A stretch of 64,000 nucleotides of DNA, taken from assembly GCA_041662665.1 (NCBI GenBank), contig JBAZSC010000003.1:4603-68602 (forward strand), read 5' to 3'. The translations under genes were made by a program, and so were the position numbers. This stretch comes from Patescibacteria group bacterium (GTDB lineage: Bacteria > Patescibacteriota > JABMPQ01 > JAQVVF01). This document shows, in pieces, positions 31,032 to 40,850 of the stretch (within the stretch, counting starts at the first letter, position 1; each line of letters starts with the position of its first letter). The notes beneath the pieces are model-generated. The model did not search any database. It saw nothing but the letters and a program-made list of their open reading frames with translations, and was not told where the DNA came from.

Positions 31032-31247
31032 ATGTGCTTAGCGATTCCTGGAAAAATTGTTGATATAAATAAGGATGGATATTTGATTGATTATGAATCA
31101 AAGAAAGTTCAGGTTGCCAATTCTTTAATAAATAATGTAAAATTAGGTGATTGGGTAATTGTGCAAAATAGGTTTATAATTAATAGATTAGATATTCAAG
31201 ATAATGATTTGTTCTTTTCAAATCTCAAAGTAAAGGAGGAAAAGTGA
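31032..31247 (+). CDS. hypC: Hydrogenase maturation factor HypC/HybG family
   Basis: N-terminal MCLAIPGKIV (the HypC MC(L/I)(A/G)(I/V)P signature); 71 aa. Confidence 0.85.
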   Translation: MCLAIPGKIVDINKDGYLIDYESKKVQVANSLINNVKLGDWVIVQNRFIINRLDIQDNDLFFSNLKVKEEK

Positions 31248-31918
31248 TGAGCAGTAAAGAAGGATTGATTGAAGCAGCAAGATTTTCTTGGAATTGTCAG
31301 CCAGATAATAAAATGCTTTGTGATGGATTATATGGTTTTGTTCGTGGTAATGGCGGACATGATGTTGAATGGATTGAAAGGCAATTAAAGAATCTATATT
31401 CATATTTTTATTATCTTTTGATTGCAAGGCAGAATGGTATTTCTGATCCTTTTGATTTGAATGTTGTGCAGGCGCATTGGATTGGCAATGATTTGTTGAG
31501 AATTGTTAAACCTGAAGATGTAAAAAAATTACAGGCTACAGGAGAACTTAAGGCTTTGCCAAAAGAAAAAGAAATGATGATTTTATGGTTGCTGAATAAT
31601 CTAGTAAAATCAGGATCTTGTCCTCATCATAGTTTTCATGCAACTGTAAATGAAAAATTGAATCCAGATTTAATTCGTCAAGGAAAAAGATGTTTTGTTG
31701 AATGTGGCAAGGTAATAGAATTAGAAGATAATTATTTTATTGTTGATATTGATGGAAATACAAGAAAGTGTGGTTATGGTTTTTTGAAAGGTAAGATTCA
31801 AGTTGGCAATTTGGTTTTAATCCATTTGAATGAAGGTCGAAGGATTGCAGATTTGTATGAAAAAATGAGATTGGACGATTGGTCTGCTATCACAATGAGT
31901 TCTTTAAAATTGATTTAA
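31244..31918 (+). CDS. Hypothetical protein with a HypC-like OB-fold at its C-terminus; translationally coupled to hypC by an ATGA overlap
   Basis: C-terminal ...ECGKVIELEDNYFIVDIDGNTRKCGYGFLKGKIQVGNLVLIHLNEG parallels the HypC core (G.V..I......A.VDfgG..r.v....v...vGDyVLVHvG) but lacks the N-terminal Met-Cys. N-terminal 130 aa is novel and Cys/His-bearing. Confidence 0.4.
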   Translation: MMSSKEGLIEAARFSWNCQPDNKMLCDGLYGFVRGNGGHDVEWIERQLKNLYSYFYYLLIARQNGISDPFDLNVVQAHWIGNDLLRIVKPEDVKKLQATGELKALPKEKEMMILWLLNNLVKSGSCPHHSFHATVNEKLNPDLIRQGKRCFVECGKVIELEDNYFIVDIDGNTRKCGYGFLKGKIQVGNLVLIHLNEGRRIADLYEKMRLDDWSAITMSSLKLI

Positions 31919-31999
31919 TTCAGATTTCTGATCTTTAATCTTTCGATTAGAGATTTTTTACCTGCATTAAATATTTTGCGAAAATATTTTTAAATAAAA

Positions 32000-32794
32000 A
32001 TGGAACAACAAAAATTAAAAGTAGCGATGGTTTCTTTAACTTCCTGTGAAGGATGCTATTTTAGTTTGCTTGATTTGGGAAATGAATTTTTGGAAATCGC
32101 AGATAAAATTGATTTAGTTAAATTTAGATTACTTAAGGAAGACCCGCCTTCGCTCCTAGCGAATTCGGAGCTTCGGCGGGCAAAGGAAAAATATGATATA
32201 ACTTTTGTTGAAGGAAGTCCGATTTCAGAAGATAATTTTGATAAATTAATTGATTTAAGATTAAGGACGAAAAAAATGATAGTTTTGGGAGGATGTGCTC
32301 ATACTGGTGGAACGTATGCAATGCGAAATCATACAGACAAGAAAAAAGCCTGCAAATATGTTTATCCAAAAACGAATAAAAAAATTTTTAATCCTAATAT
32401 TTTAGAATTATCAAAAGTTGTACATATCGATGGGATTATTCCAACTTGTCCAGTTAATCCAAGAGAATTCGTAAGATTTATGTCTTTTGTTTTGAATAGT
32501 TTGACTTTTAAAATTACTGAGAGGCCAGTTTGTTATGAATGTCAGTTAGCGCAAACTTCTTGTTTATTAAAAATGGGATTGCCATGTTTTGGACCAATGG
32601 CTTTGGGTGGTTGCGATGCTCCTTGTCCTAGAGCAGGTATGCCATGCCAATTATGTCGTGGGCCAATGAAAGAAATACAATGGGATAATTTTGAAAAGAA
32701 AATGAAAGATATTATGGGAGCAAAAGTTTGGGAAAAAGATTATAATGAAATATTGGAAATTTTTAATGTTAAAGACAAGATAAGTGTTGAATAA
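32000..32794 (+). CDS. [NiFe] hydrogenase small (delta) subunit
   Basis: VAMVSLTSCEGCYFSLLD N-terminal proximal-cluster motif, plus C-terminal Cys motifs (CPVNP, CYEC, CDAPC, CQLC). Carries an in-frame GC-rich repeat insertion at 32143-32186. Confidence 0.82.
   Translation: MEQQKLKVAMVSLTSCEGCYFSLLDLGNEFLEIADKIDLVKFRLLKEDPPSLLANSELRRAKEKYDITFVEGSPISEDNFDKLIDLRLRTKKMIVLGGCAHTGGTYAMRNHTDKKKACKYVYPKTNKKIFNPNILELSKVVHIDGIIPTCPVNPREFVRFMSFVLNSLTFKITERPVCYECQLAQTSCLLKMGLPCFGPMALGGCDAPCPRAGMPCQLCRGPMKEIQWDNFEKKMKDIMGAKVWEKDYNEILEIFNVKDKISVE
32143..32186. repeat. GC-rich hairpin repeat, copy c, inserted in-frame within the hydrogenase small-subunit CDS
   Basis: cccgccttcgctcctagcgaattcggagcttcggcgggcaaagg, encoding DPPSLLANSELRRAKE. 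Same family as the 1571, 57534 and 62075 copies. Confidence 0.65.
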
Positions 32795-32903
32795 GTTAGA
32801 CTAGTTAGATTAGTTAGATTTGTTTCGGAAATTATGATATTCGGAAATTAACTACCCAACTTTTAGTTGGGGTTCGTCAAACTTTAGTTTGAAGTCGTAG
32901 ATA

Positions 32904-33269
32904 TTGGATATTAAGATATTAGAAATTAAATATTTTTTTATGGAAATAAAACAAGAAATTAAAAAATCAGAGGCCGTTAAAATTTTTGCTGAAAAAAATG
33001 GTGAGATTGTTGGAAGAGCATATTTATATTTGATAAAAAATGATTTGCATACAGAGCCTTATGGATTATTGGAAGATGTTTTTGTTTCGGAAAATCAAAG
33101 AGGAAAAGGTACAGGTACAAAATTAGTTCAAGCTGTAATTGAAGAAGCGAAAAAAAGAAAGTGTTATAAATTAATTGCAACAAGTAGAAAATCAAGAGAA
33201 CAAGTGCATCAATGGTATTTAAAATTAGGTTTTGAAGATTATGGATGTGAATTTAGAATAAATTTTTAA
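32904..33269 (+). CDS. GNAT family N-acetyltransferase
   Basis: QRGKGTGTKLVQAV acetyl-CoA-binding motif; about 110 aa. The start may be the internal ATG at 32940. Confidence 0.75.
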   Translation: MDIKILEIKYFFMEIKQEIKKSEAVKIFAEKNGEIVGRAYLYLIKNDLHTEPYGLLEDVFVSENQRGKGTGTKLVQAVIEEAKKRKCYKLIATSRKSREQVHQWYLKLGFEDYGCEFRINF

Positions 33270-33282
33270 TTTGTACTATTTT

Positions 33283-33392
33283 TGCCAAAAATTATTTTTC
33301 TTCAGTCTGCGGAACTCGCCTCGTTTCACTCGGCTCAGACAATCCTCGACTTCAGAAAAAAAATTTTTGGCAAAATAAATTTTTAATTTATT
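33283..33392. repeat. Palindromic element immediately upstream of the hydrogenase large-subunit gene
   Basis: Arms tttttgccaaaaatt / aatttttggcaaaa flank a GC-richer core cttcagtctgcggaactcgcctcgtttcactcggctcagacaatcctcgacttcag. Confidence 0.5.
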
Positions 33393-34700
33393 ATGTCAAA
33401 GAAAATAATAAAAATAAATCATCTAGCAAAAATGGAAGGGCATGCATCTTTTGAAGGTAGGATTTTGGCTGGAGAAATTTCAGAAGCGCATATTATTACA
33501 GAAGAAGGTGCAAGATTGATTGAAGGAACTTTAATTGGCAGACATTATTCTGAAGCGCCGACAATTACTTCTAGAATTTGCGGAATTTGTCCAATTGTTC
33601 ATCATCTAACTGCAGTTAAAGCTTTAGAGGAATGTTTTGAAGTTAAAGTTAGTTCTGAAGTTGTAATGTTACGCAAAATTTTGGAATTGGCGCAAATTAT
33701 TCATAGTCATGCTTTACATCTTTTCTTTTTGTCATTGCCGGACTTTTTGAATTATGATGATACAAAAAAAATGGCAGGCAGATATCCAAATGAAGCACAG
33801 ATGGCAATTGATATTCGAAAATGGGCAACTGATTTATGTTTGGCGATTGGAGGCAGAATTACTCATCCATTAACAAATATGGTTGGCGGATTTAGAAGAT
33901 GGCCAGAAGAAGAAAAATTAGAAAATTTCTTGGATGGATCTGGTGATATTTTAGAAATGGCATTGAAAATTGCTCAATTATTTAGAGATTTGGATTATCC
34001 AAAATTTGATAACTTGGGAAATTTTATTGCATTATCAAATGATAATGAATATGCAATATATGATGGTGAAGTTAAAGTTTGGGAAACAAAGAAAAATTTA
34101 GCTAAAAAAATATTTGGTAAAGAAATGAAAAATTACGAGGCTGTAAAATTTATAAAATTAATAAAAGAAGTTGAATTGCAAAACGAGATGGTTAAGCGAG
34201 TTAAATTTAAAAGAAAGCCATTTTTCTGCGGAGCATTAGCCCGAATAAATATTAATAAATATTTATTGAATGAAGAGGCATCAAAATTTTTGGAAACAAC
34301 AAATATTGATTTTCCTTCTAGCAACACTTTCTATAATGTTTTAGCACAGGCTGTTGAATTAATTCATTGTATTGAAGAAATTAGAAATTTATTACGAGAG
34401 CTAAAGAAAATAAATTGGTTGAATGCAAAAAATGCAAGTTTTAAAATAAAAGCAGGAAAAGGTGTTGGAGCAATTGAAGCTCCAAGAGGCACTTTGTATC
34501 ATTATTATGAAACTGATAAAGATGGATATATTAAAAATTGCAATATAATTACACCAACTGCTCAATTTTTAGCAAAGTTAGAAGATGATTTGGGTGTATT
34601 TCTTGGAGATATTAAAAATTTAACAGATCTGGAAAGAAGAAATAAAATAAAAATGATGATTAGAGCGTTTGATCCATGTATTTCTTGTGCGACACATTAA
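33393..34700 (+). CDS. [NiFe] hydrogenase large (alpha) subunit
   Basis: N-terminal RICGICPIVHH (RxCGxCxxxH) and C-terminal DPCISCATH (DPCxxCxxH) Ni-Fe ligand motifs; 435 aa. Confidence 0.9.
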   Translation: MSKKIIKINHLAKMEGHASFEGRILAGEISEAHIITEEGARLIEGTLIGRHYSEAPTITSRICGICPIVHHLTAVKALEECFEVKVSSEVVMLRKILELAQIIHSHALHLFFLSLPDFLNYDDTKKMAGRYPNEAQMAIDIRKWATDLCLAIGGRITHPLTNMVGGFRRWPEEEKLENFLDGSGDILEMALKIAQLFRDLDYPKFDNLGNFIALSNDNEYAIYDGEVKVWETKKNLAKKIFGKEMKNYEAVKFIKLIKEVELQNEMVKRVKFKRKPFFCGALARININKYLLNEEASKFLETTNIDFPSSNTFYNVLAQAVELIHCIEEIRNLLRELKKINWLNAKNASFKIKAGKGVGAIEAPRGTLYHYYETDKDGYIKNCNIITPTAQFLAKLEDDLGVFLGDIKNLTDLERRNKIKMMIRAFDPCISCATH

Positions 34701-34714
34701 TTAAATTAAAAAAT

Positions 34715-35047
34715 ATGAATAAAAATAAAAAAAATATTAGTACAGAAGGAAAAGAAATTTTAAGATTGCGTGATCTTTATAACTATTTACAAAAGCATCC
34801 AACTGACAAAGAAAATTTTTATAGCAGGATTCAGAATATGAAAAAAAAGTTAGACATTTTGGAGAAAAAGTTGAATGTTAAAGGTAAGATAATTATTTCA
34901 AAAAAAGAAAATAAGTCTTTAGAAGCAGCAATCAAAGCAGTTAAAAATAAAGGATTTGTTGATAATAAAAAAGAATTTGCTAAATTTTTGTATAATTGGC
35001 AATTATTTTTAGAGATGGAAAATAGAGTGAATAGTTTGGATAAGTAA
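34715..35047 (+). CDS. Hypothetical lysine-rich small protein
   Basis: ORF only. Confidence 0.35.
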   Translation: MNKNKKNISTEGKEILRLRDLYNYLQKHPTDKENFYSRIQNMKKKLDILEKKLNVKGKIIISKKENKSLEAAIKAVKNKGFVDNKKEFAKFLYNWQLFLEMENRVNSLDK

Positions 35048-35053
35048 AATATT

Positions 35054-35530
35054 TTGATTTTAAATAATATGAAAAAAGTTAGGGTAAAAAATAAGAAAAA
35101 TATTGGAATTGAAAAATTAGCTAAAGAAATGAGAGCTGGTTTTAAAGAAATGCATAAAGAGATGAATGCTAGTTTTAAGGAAATGCATGCTGGTTTTAAA
35201 GAAATGCATGCTAATTTTAAAGAGGTAGATAAAAGATTCTATGAGCTTTATGATTTTTTGCAAAAGCACATGGTGACTAAGGAAGAGCTTAATAATATTT
35301 TGAGTAATTATGCAACGAAGAAAGATTTACAGGAAGTTAAAAATGAGTTGATGAATACAATGGATAAAATTGTTGGTGATTATAATACTGATAAACAAGA
35401 GCATGTAACTTTTATTTTGCATTTAGACCGATTGGCAGAAATGGAAATTAAAATTGGCAAAATGGATAAAGAGATTAAAACAATTAAAAATATAATTTTT
35501 AAAGATGCACGATTTTCATGCAGCAGATAA
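35054..35530 (+). CDS. Hypothetical coiled-coil protein with tandem FKEMH repeats
   Basis: RAGFKEMHKEMNASFKEMHAGFKEMHANFKEV internal repeats. Confidence 0.4.
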   Translation: MILNNMKKVRVKNKKNIGIEKLAKEMRAGFKEMHKEMNASFKEMHAGFKEMHANFKEVDKRFYELYDFLQKHMVTKEELNNILSNYATKKDLQEVKNELMNTMDKIVGDYNTDKQEHVTFILHLDRLAEMEIKIGKMDKEIKTIKNIIFKDARFSCSR

Positions 35531-35762
35531 TATTTTAAAAACTGCTATAGAATATGCCAAAGAAAATAAGTTAAAAAAAGTTGATAAAATTAAGATTGAA
35601 TTAGGAAAATTTATTGAACATGGGCAAGAAATTTTGGCTGATAATTTAGAATTTAATATAAAAATGTTAGCAAAAGGGACGATTGCAGAAAATTGTGAAA
35701 TTGTTATTATAGAAAAACGAGGAGAAAATGGATATAGATTAGATGAAATTGAAGGAGAATAA
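35505..35762 (+). CDS. HypA-like (hydrogenase nickel insertion) N-terminal domain protein lacking the C-terminal zinc finger
   Basis: MHDFHAADNILKTAIEYAKENKLKKVDKIKIELGKF... follows the HypA N-domain pattern (MHE, IxIxxG, EILxxxxEF) but ends at 85 aa without CxxC...CxxC. Confidence 0.4.
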   Translation: MHDFHAADNILKTAIEYAKENKLKKVDKIKIELGKFIEHGQEILADNLEFNIKMLAKGTIAENCEIVIIEKRGENGYRLDEIEGE

Positions 35763-35807
35763 AATATTCGGATATTATGATATTACGGATATTAGATATT
35801 TAATTTT

Positions 35808-37025
35808 ATGAACAAAAAAACGATCAAAGATATTGATGTTAAAAATAAAATTGTTTTAGTGAGGGATGATTTTAATGTGCCAATTAAGGATAGAAAAATT
35901 TTGGATGATTTTAAGATTAGAAAAAGTCTTGATACGATTAATTATTTGATTAAACAAAATGCAAAAATTGTTTTAATGTCACATTTAGGAAAACCGAAAG
36001 GAAAGATAGTTGAGAATTTACGATTAAAACCGGTTGCTGAATGTCTAGCTGCAATGATGAATAAGAGAATTGTAACCACAAAAACACAAAAAACTGGTGA
36101 AGACTCAAAAAATGGTGTGATTTATTATTGTGATGATTGCATAGGCAATATTGTAAAGAAAACTATTAATGATGCAGATTTTGGCGATATTATTTTGTTG
36201 GAGAATGTTAGATTTTATCCAGAAGAAGAAAAAAATGATGTAGAATTTGCTAAAAAACTGGCGAGTTTAGGTGAGATATTTTGCGAAGATGGATTCGGAT
36301 CAGTACATCGGGGCCACGCCTCTGTTTCAGGAATTGCTAAATTTTTACCCGCTGTTGCTGGATTATTGCTGGAAAGAGAAGTCGATGTTTTGACAGAAGT
36401 TTTAGAAAAACCAGAACATCCATATCTAGTTATTTTAGGCGGAGCAAAAATTTCAACAAAATTAAATTTGATAAATAAATTAGCTAAACAAGCAGACAAG
36501 CTGTTGGTTGCTGGTGCTTTATCAAATACTATTTTTATGGCGAATGGCTTAAATGTTGGCGGTTCTCTTGTTGAAAAAGAAATGATTGATCAGATTAAAA
36601 CAACTGTTTTGAAAAATAATAATATTGATATACCAATTGATGTTGTAGTTGGAAAAGAAAATGGTGATAATGCGAGAATTGTTGATGTTGGAAATGGTAT
36701 AAGTAATGATGAATTTATTTATGATATTGGTCCAAAGACTATTGAATTGTTTAAAAGAAAAATTGATAAATCTAGTTTGGTTGTTTGGAATGGACCAATG
36801 GGAAAATTTGAAAATGAAAGATACGCAAAAGGAACATTTGAATTAGCAAAAGAATTAGTGAAGGTTAAAAAAGCTGTTGTTGGTGGAGGCGAGACTTCAA
36901 TGGCAATCAGAGAGTTAGGATTAGAAGATAAAATTTATCATTTATCAACTGGAGGTGGTGCTATGTTGGAATTTTTGGAAGGAAAAGAGATGCCAGGAAT
37001 AGAATGCTTGCAAGTTAAAAGTTAA
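35808..37025 (+). CDS. pgk: Phosphoglycerate kinase
   Basis: 405 aa PGK pattern (VLVRDDFNVP, ...GGGA...). Confidence 0.92.
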   Translation: MNKKTIKDIDVKNKIVLVRDDFNVPIKDRKILDDFKIRKSLDTINYLIKQNAKIVLMSHLGKPKGKIVENLRLKPVAECLAAMMNKRIVTTKTQKTGEDSKNGVIYYCDDCIGNIVKKTINDADFGDIILLENVRFYPEEEKNDVEFAKKLASLGEIFCEDGFGSVHRGHASVSGIAKFLPAVAGLLLEREVDVLTEVLEKPEHPYLVILGGAKISTKLNLINKLAKQADKLLVAGALSNTIFMANGLNVGGSLVEKEMIDQIKTTVLKNNNIDIPIDVVVGKENGDNARIVDVGNGISNDEFIYDIGPKTIELFKRKIDKSSLVVWNGPMGKFENERYAKGTFELAKELVKVKKAVVGGGETSMAIRELGLEDKIYHLSTGGGAMLEFLEGKEMPGIECLQVKS

Positions 37026-37058
37026 TAAAGTTTTTAAAGTATAAAGTAATAAATTTAT

Positions 37059-38300
37059 ATGAAGATAAACAAAATTAGAGCAAGAGAAATCCTTGATTCA
37101 AGAGGAGAGCCAACTGTAGAAGTGAAGGTCGATCTTGATGATGGAAAATTTGGAATAGCAAAAGTTCCTTCTGGTGCTTCAACAGGCGAGCATGAGGCTT
37201 TGGAATTAAGGGATAATGACAAAAAAAGATATGGAGGCAAAGGAGTAATGAGGGCATGTAAAAATGTTAATGATATTATTTCGGAAAGATTAGTTGGAAT
37301 GGATGTTTTTAAGCAAGAAAAAATCGATCGAACTTTGATAGCATTGGATGGAACTCCAAATAAATCAAAGTTAGGAGCAAACGCAATTCTTGGAGTGTCG
37401 TTGGCTTGTTGTGTTGCAGCAGCTAATTCTAAAGAAATAGAATTATATCAATATATTGGTGAAATTTTTGGGAATAATAATTTTGTTTTACCACAAGCAT
37501 ATTTTAATATCATTAATGGTGGAAAGCATGCTGATTCTGGATTGGATGTCCAAGAATTCATGATTGTGCCAAAAGCAATTAATTTTTTTGAAAAAGTAAG
37601 AGTTGGATCTGAAGTTTTTCATGCTTTGAAAGATATTTTGCAAAGAAGAGAATATTCAGTTGGTGTTGGAGATGAAGGTGGCTTTGCACCAAAATTAGAT
37701 AGCAATGAAGATGCGATTGAAACAATTTTGAGAGCAATTGAAGAAGCAGGATATAAACCAGGTGCTGATGTTAATATTGCATTGGATGTTGCTGCATCTT
37801 CTTTTTATAATAAAGAAAAAGGATATTGTTTGAATTCTGGTAAATGCATTGAGTCAGATCATTTAATAGCAATGTTTTCGGATTGGATTAGCAAATATCC
37901 AATAAAAATGATTGAAGATTTATTGGCTGAAGATGATTGGGAAGGTTGGAAGAAAGCTACAGAAAAATTAGGCGATAAAGTTCAAATTGTCGGCGATGAT
38001 TTATTTGTAACGAATATAGAAAGAGTGAAAAAAGGAATAAAAGAAAATTGCGCAAATTCTGTTTTGATAAAGCTAAATCAAATTGGAACTTTGACAGAAA
38101 CTTTTGAATGCATAAAATTAGCAAAATCAAAAGGATATGCAACAATGATTTCACATCGATCTGGTGAAACAATTGATACTTTTATTGCTGATCTTTGTGT
38201 TGGTACAAATTCCGCACAAATTAAATCTGGATCATTATCTCGTGGTGAAAGAGTATGCAAATATAATAGGTTGATGGAGATAGAGGAATTGTTGAAATAA
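37059..38300 (+). CDS. eno: Enolase
   Basis: [22 protein letters not shown]..., SHRSGETED-like, IKLNQIGT motifs. Confidence 0.95.
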   Translation: MKINKIRAREILDSRGEPTVEVKVDLDDGKFGIAKVPSGASTGEHEALELRDNDKKRYGGKGVMRACKNVNDIISERLVGMDVFKQEKIDRTLIALDGTPNKSKLGANAILGVSLACCVAAANSKEIELYQYIGEIFGNNNFVLPQAYFNIINGGKHADSGLDVQEFMIVPKAINFFEKVRVGSEVFHALKDILQRREYSVGVGDEGGFAPKLDSNEDAIETILRAIEEAGYKPGADVNIALDVAASSFYNKEKGYCLNSGKCIESDHLIAMFSDWISKYPIKMIEDLLAEDDWEGWKKATEKLGDKVQIVGDDLFVTNIERVKKGIKENCANSVLIKLNQIGTLTETFECIKLAKSKGYATMISHRSGETIDTFIADLCVGTNSAQIKSGSLSRGERVCKYNRLMEIEELLK

Positions 38301-38305
38301 TTAAA

Positions 38306-38428
38306 AATTACAAATCTCAAATTCCAAACAAAATCCAAATTACAAATTACAAAGTCGACGGTTTGTTTTTTGTGTTTTGTATATTGTAATTTGTTTGGGA
38401 TTTGGAATTTGTGATTTGGGATTTAATG
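38306..38428. repeat. Palindromic intergenic element, family B, between eno and gpmI
   Basis: caaatctcaaattccaaacaaaatccaaattacaaattacaaa ... ttgtaatttgtttgggatttggaatttgtgatttggg. Confidence 0.65.
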
Positions 38429-38437
38429 CAAAAACTA

Positions 38438-40017
38438 TGAATTACAAACAAGCAGTATTAATTATCCTAGATGGCTTTGGTATTGCGCCTCCAGGAAAAG
38501 GAAATTGTGCGACATTGGCGAAAATGCCATATTATAATTCTTTATTACAGAATTATACTCATACAGTAATAAAAGCTTCTGGCGAGGAAGTTGGTTTGCC
38601 TTGGGGTGATGTTGGAAATTCTGAAGTTGGACATGGTAATTTGGGAGCTGGCAGGATTTCTTATCAAAGCTTGCCATTAATAAATACAGCAATTTTAAAT
38701 AAATCCTTTTTTAAAAACGAAGCTTTGATGGGAGCAATTCATCATGTCAAGAAAAATAAAAGTTCGTTGCATATTATGGGATTGATTAGTGCTGGCGGAG
38801 TTCATTCACATATTGAGCATTTATTTGCTTTATTAAAATTAGCTAAGCAAAATAGAATCAAAAAAGTCTATATTCATTGTTTTATGGATGGACGAGATAT
38901 GCCAAAAGATTCTGGTTTAGATGCCGTAAAAAAAATTCAAAAAGAAACAAGCGGATTTTTTTCAGTAGGAAAAATTGCGACATTATCTGGTAGATTTTTT
39001 GCAATGGATCGAGATAATAATTGGGATAGAATTGAAAAGTCTTACAATACTATGACTGGAAATTGGAGCGTCGGAACGTCGGAACCAAAATTTTTTGCTG
39101 ATCCAATTAATGCCGTAGAGGATTCTTATGCTAATAAAATTTATGATGAGCAAATGGAGCCAATTGTAATTGGGACAAAGGAAAAACCAGTAGCAAAAAT
39201 TTCAAAAGGAGATGCTGTGATATTTTTTAATTTTAGAGCTGATCGAGCAAGACAGATGACCGAAGCTTTTGTCAGTGATAATTTTAAAGGTTTTAAGCGA
39301 GAAAAAATTGAGGATTTATTTTTCGTTTGTTTTACTGAATACGAAAAAGGATTATGTAAGAACATTGCATTTATGCAAAAAGAAACTCCAAATGGCTTGT
39401 CAGAAACCATTAGCAAGAATAATTTAAAACAATTTCATACAGCTGAAACAGAAAAATTTGCTCATGTAACTTTTTTCTTTAACTCTGGACGTGAAAAACC
39501 TTTTGCAGGCGAGGTACATAAAGTTGTTCCTTCTCCAAAAGTAAAATCTTATGACGAAAAACCAGAAATGTCGGCAGAAGGTGTGACAGTTGAAGCTATA
39601 AAAGCAATAAAAGAAAAATATAATTTTGTTTTGATAAATTTTGCAAATCCAGATATGGTTGGACATACTGGCAATATTATGGCAACAATAAAAGGATTAG
39701 AGCTTGTTGATACTTGTTTGAAAAAAATTATTCCAGAAGTTTTAAATAATAATGGAGTTGTTGTTTTAACAGCTGATCATGGAAATTGCGAGGAAAAAAT
39801 AAATTTGCAAAATGGTAGAATAGAAAAAGAGCATACTGCAAATCCAGTACCTTTGGTTTTGATTGGAAAAGGATTGGAGCGAAAGTCAGATAATATTGAT
39901 TTGAGTATTGAATCTTCAACTGGAGCGTTGGCTGATGTGGCGCCGACAATACTTTCTTTGCTTGGTTTAAAAAAGCCGGAAGAGATGACGGGATTGGATT
40001 TGACGAAAGTGATTTAG
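38438..40017 (+). CDS. gpmI: 2,3-bisphosphoglycerate-independent phosphoglycerate mutase
   Basis: iPGM motifs (ILDGFG, SEVGHGN, GRDxP, ADHGN). Start set at the internal ATG, because the longer ORF overlaps the family B repeat. Confidence 0.9.
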
Positions 40018-40169
40018 ATATTCGGAAATTCGGATATTAAGAAATTAGAAATTGGAAATTATTATTTAATTTAGTTCAGATATAAATTTCGTGGTAGCCT
40101 AAAATTAAAAAGTATAAATTACTTTCGAAAATAGATTCGAAAACATTAGAAAATTAATTTGAGTATTAT

Positions 40170-40736
40170 ATGAAAATAAAAATAGAAGTAAGTGCAAGGC
40201 ATATTCATTTGAGCCAAGAACATTTGGATCAACTTTTTGGAAAGGATTATAAATTAACAAAAAAACAAGGATTATCGCAAGAAGGTGAATTTGCTTGTGA
40301 AGAAACTTTGAAAGTTGTTGGACCAAAATTAGAAATTGATCATGTTAGAATAATCGGGCCAGTTAGACCAAGAACACAAATCGAAGTTTCAAAAACTGAT
40401 GGTTTTATGTTAGGCAATATTCCTCCATTAAGAATTTCTGGAGATGTAGTTGGATCAGCGCCAGTGAAATTAGTTGGGCCTAAGGGTTTTGTTGATTTAT
40501 TAGAAGGAATGATTATTGCAATGAGACATATTCATATATCGGAAGAACAGGCAGAAGGTTTAAAATTGAAGGATGGTCAAAGAGTTTCTATTTCTTGTTT
40601 TGGTGATAGAGGTCTGTTATTTAATAATGTTGTTGTTAGAGTTAATCCGAAATTTGATTTTTATTTACAGCTTGATACTGATGAGGCAAATGCTGCTGGT
40701 GTGGAAAATGGAGATGTCGGGGAATTGATTATTTAA
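40170..40736 (+). CDS. pduL: PduL-type phosphate acetyl/propionyltransferase (phosphotransacylase)
   Basis: Two tandem PduL repeats, each with a RHIH motif (SARHIHLS and AMRHIHIS). Confidence 0.8.
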   Translation: MKIKIEVSARHIHLSQEHLDQLFGKDYKLTKKQGLSQEGEFACEETLKVVGPKLEIDHVRIIGPVRPRTQIEVSKTDGFMLGNIPPLRISGDVVGSAPVKLVGPKGFVDLLEGMIIAMRHIHISEEQAEGLKLKDGQRVSISCFGDRGLLFNNVVVRVNPKFDFYLQLDTDEANAAGVENGDVGELII

Positions 40737-40744
40737 TTTCTACC

Positions 40745-40845
40745 CAGCTTTAGCTGGGGTATGTGCAACTTTAGTTGCAGTAGAAGTTTGATGAAAAAAT
40801 AAAGTTTTTCGAACCACAACTAAAGTTGGGTAGATGCTTAATAAA
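40745..40845. repeat. Tandem hairpin element (acccagctttagctggggt, gcaactttagttgc, caactaaagttggg)
   Basis: Hairpins built around a CTTTAG core. Related pair at 32838-32900 (acccaacttttagttggggt, caaactttagtttg). Confidence 0.5.
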
Positions 40846-40850
40846 TTTTT

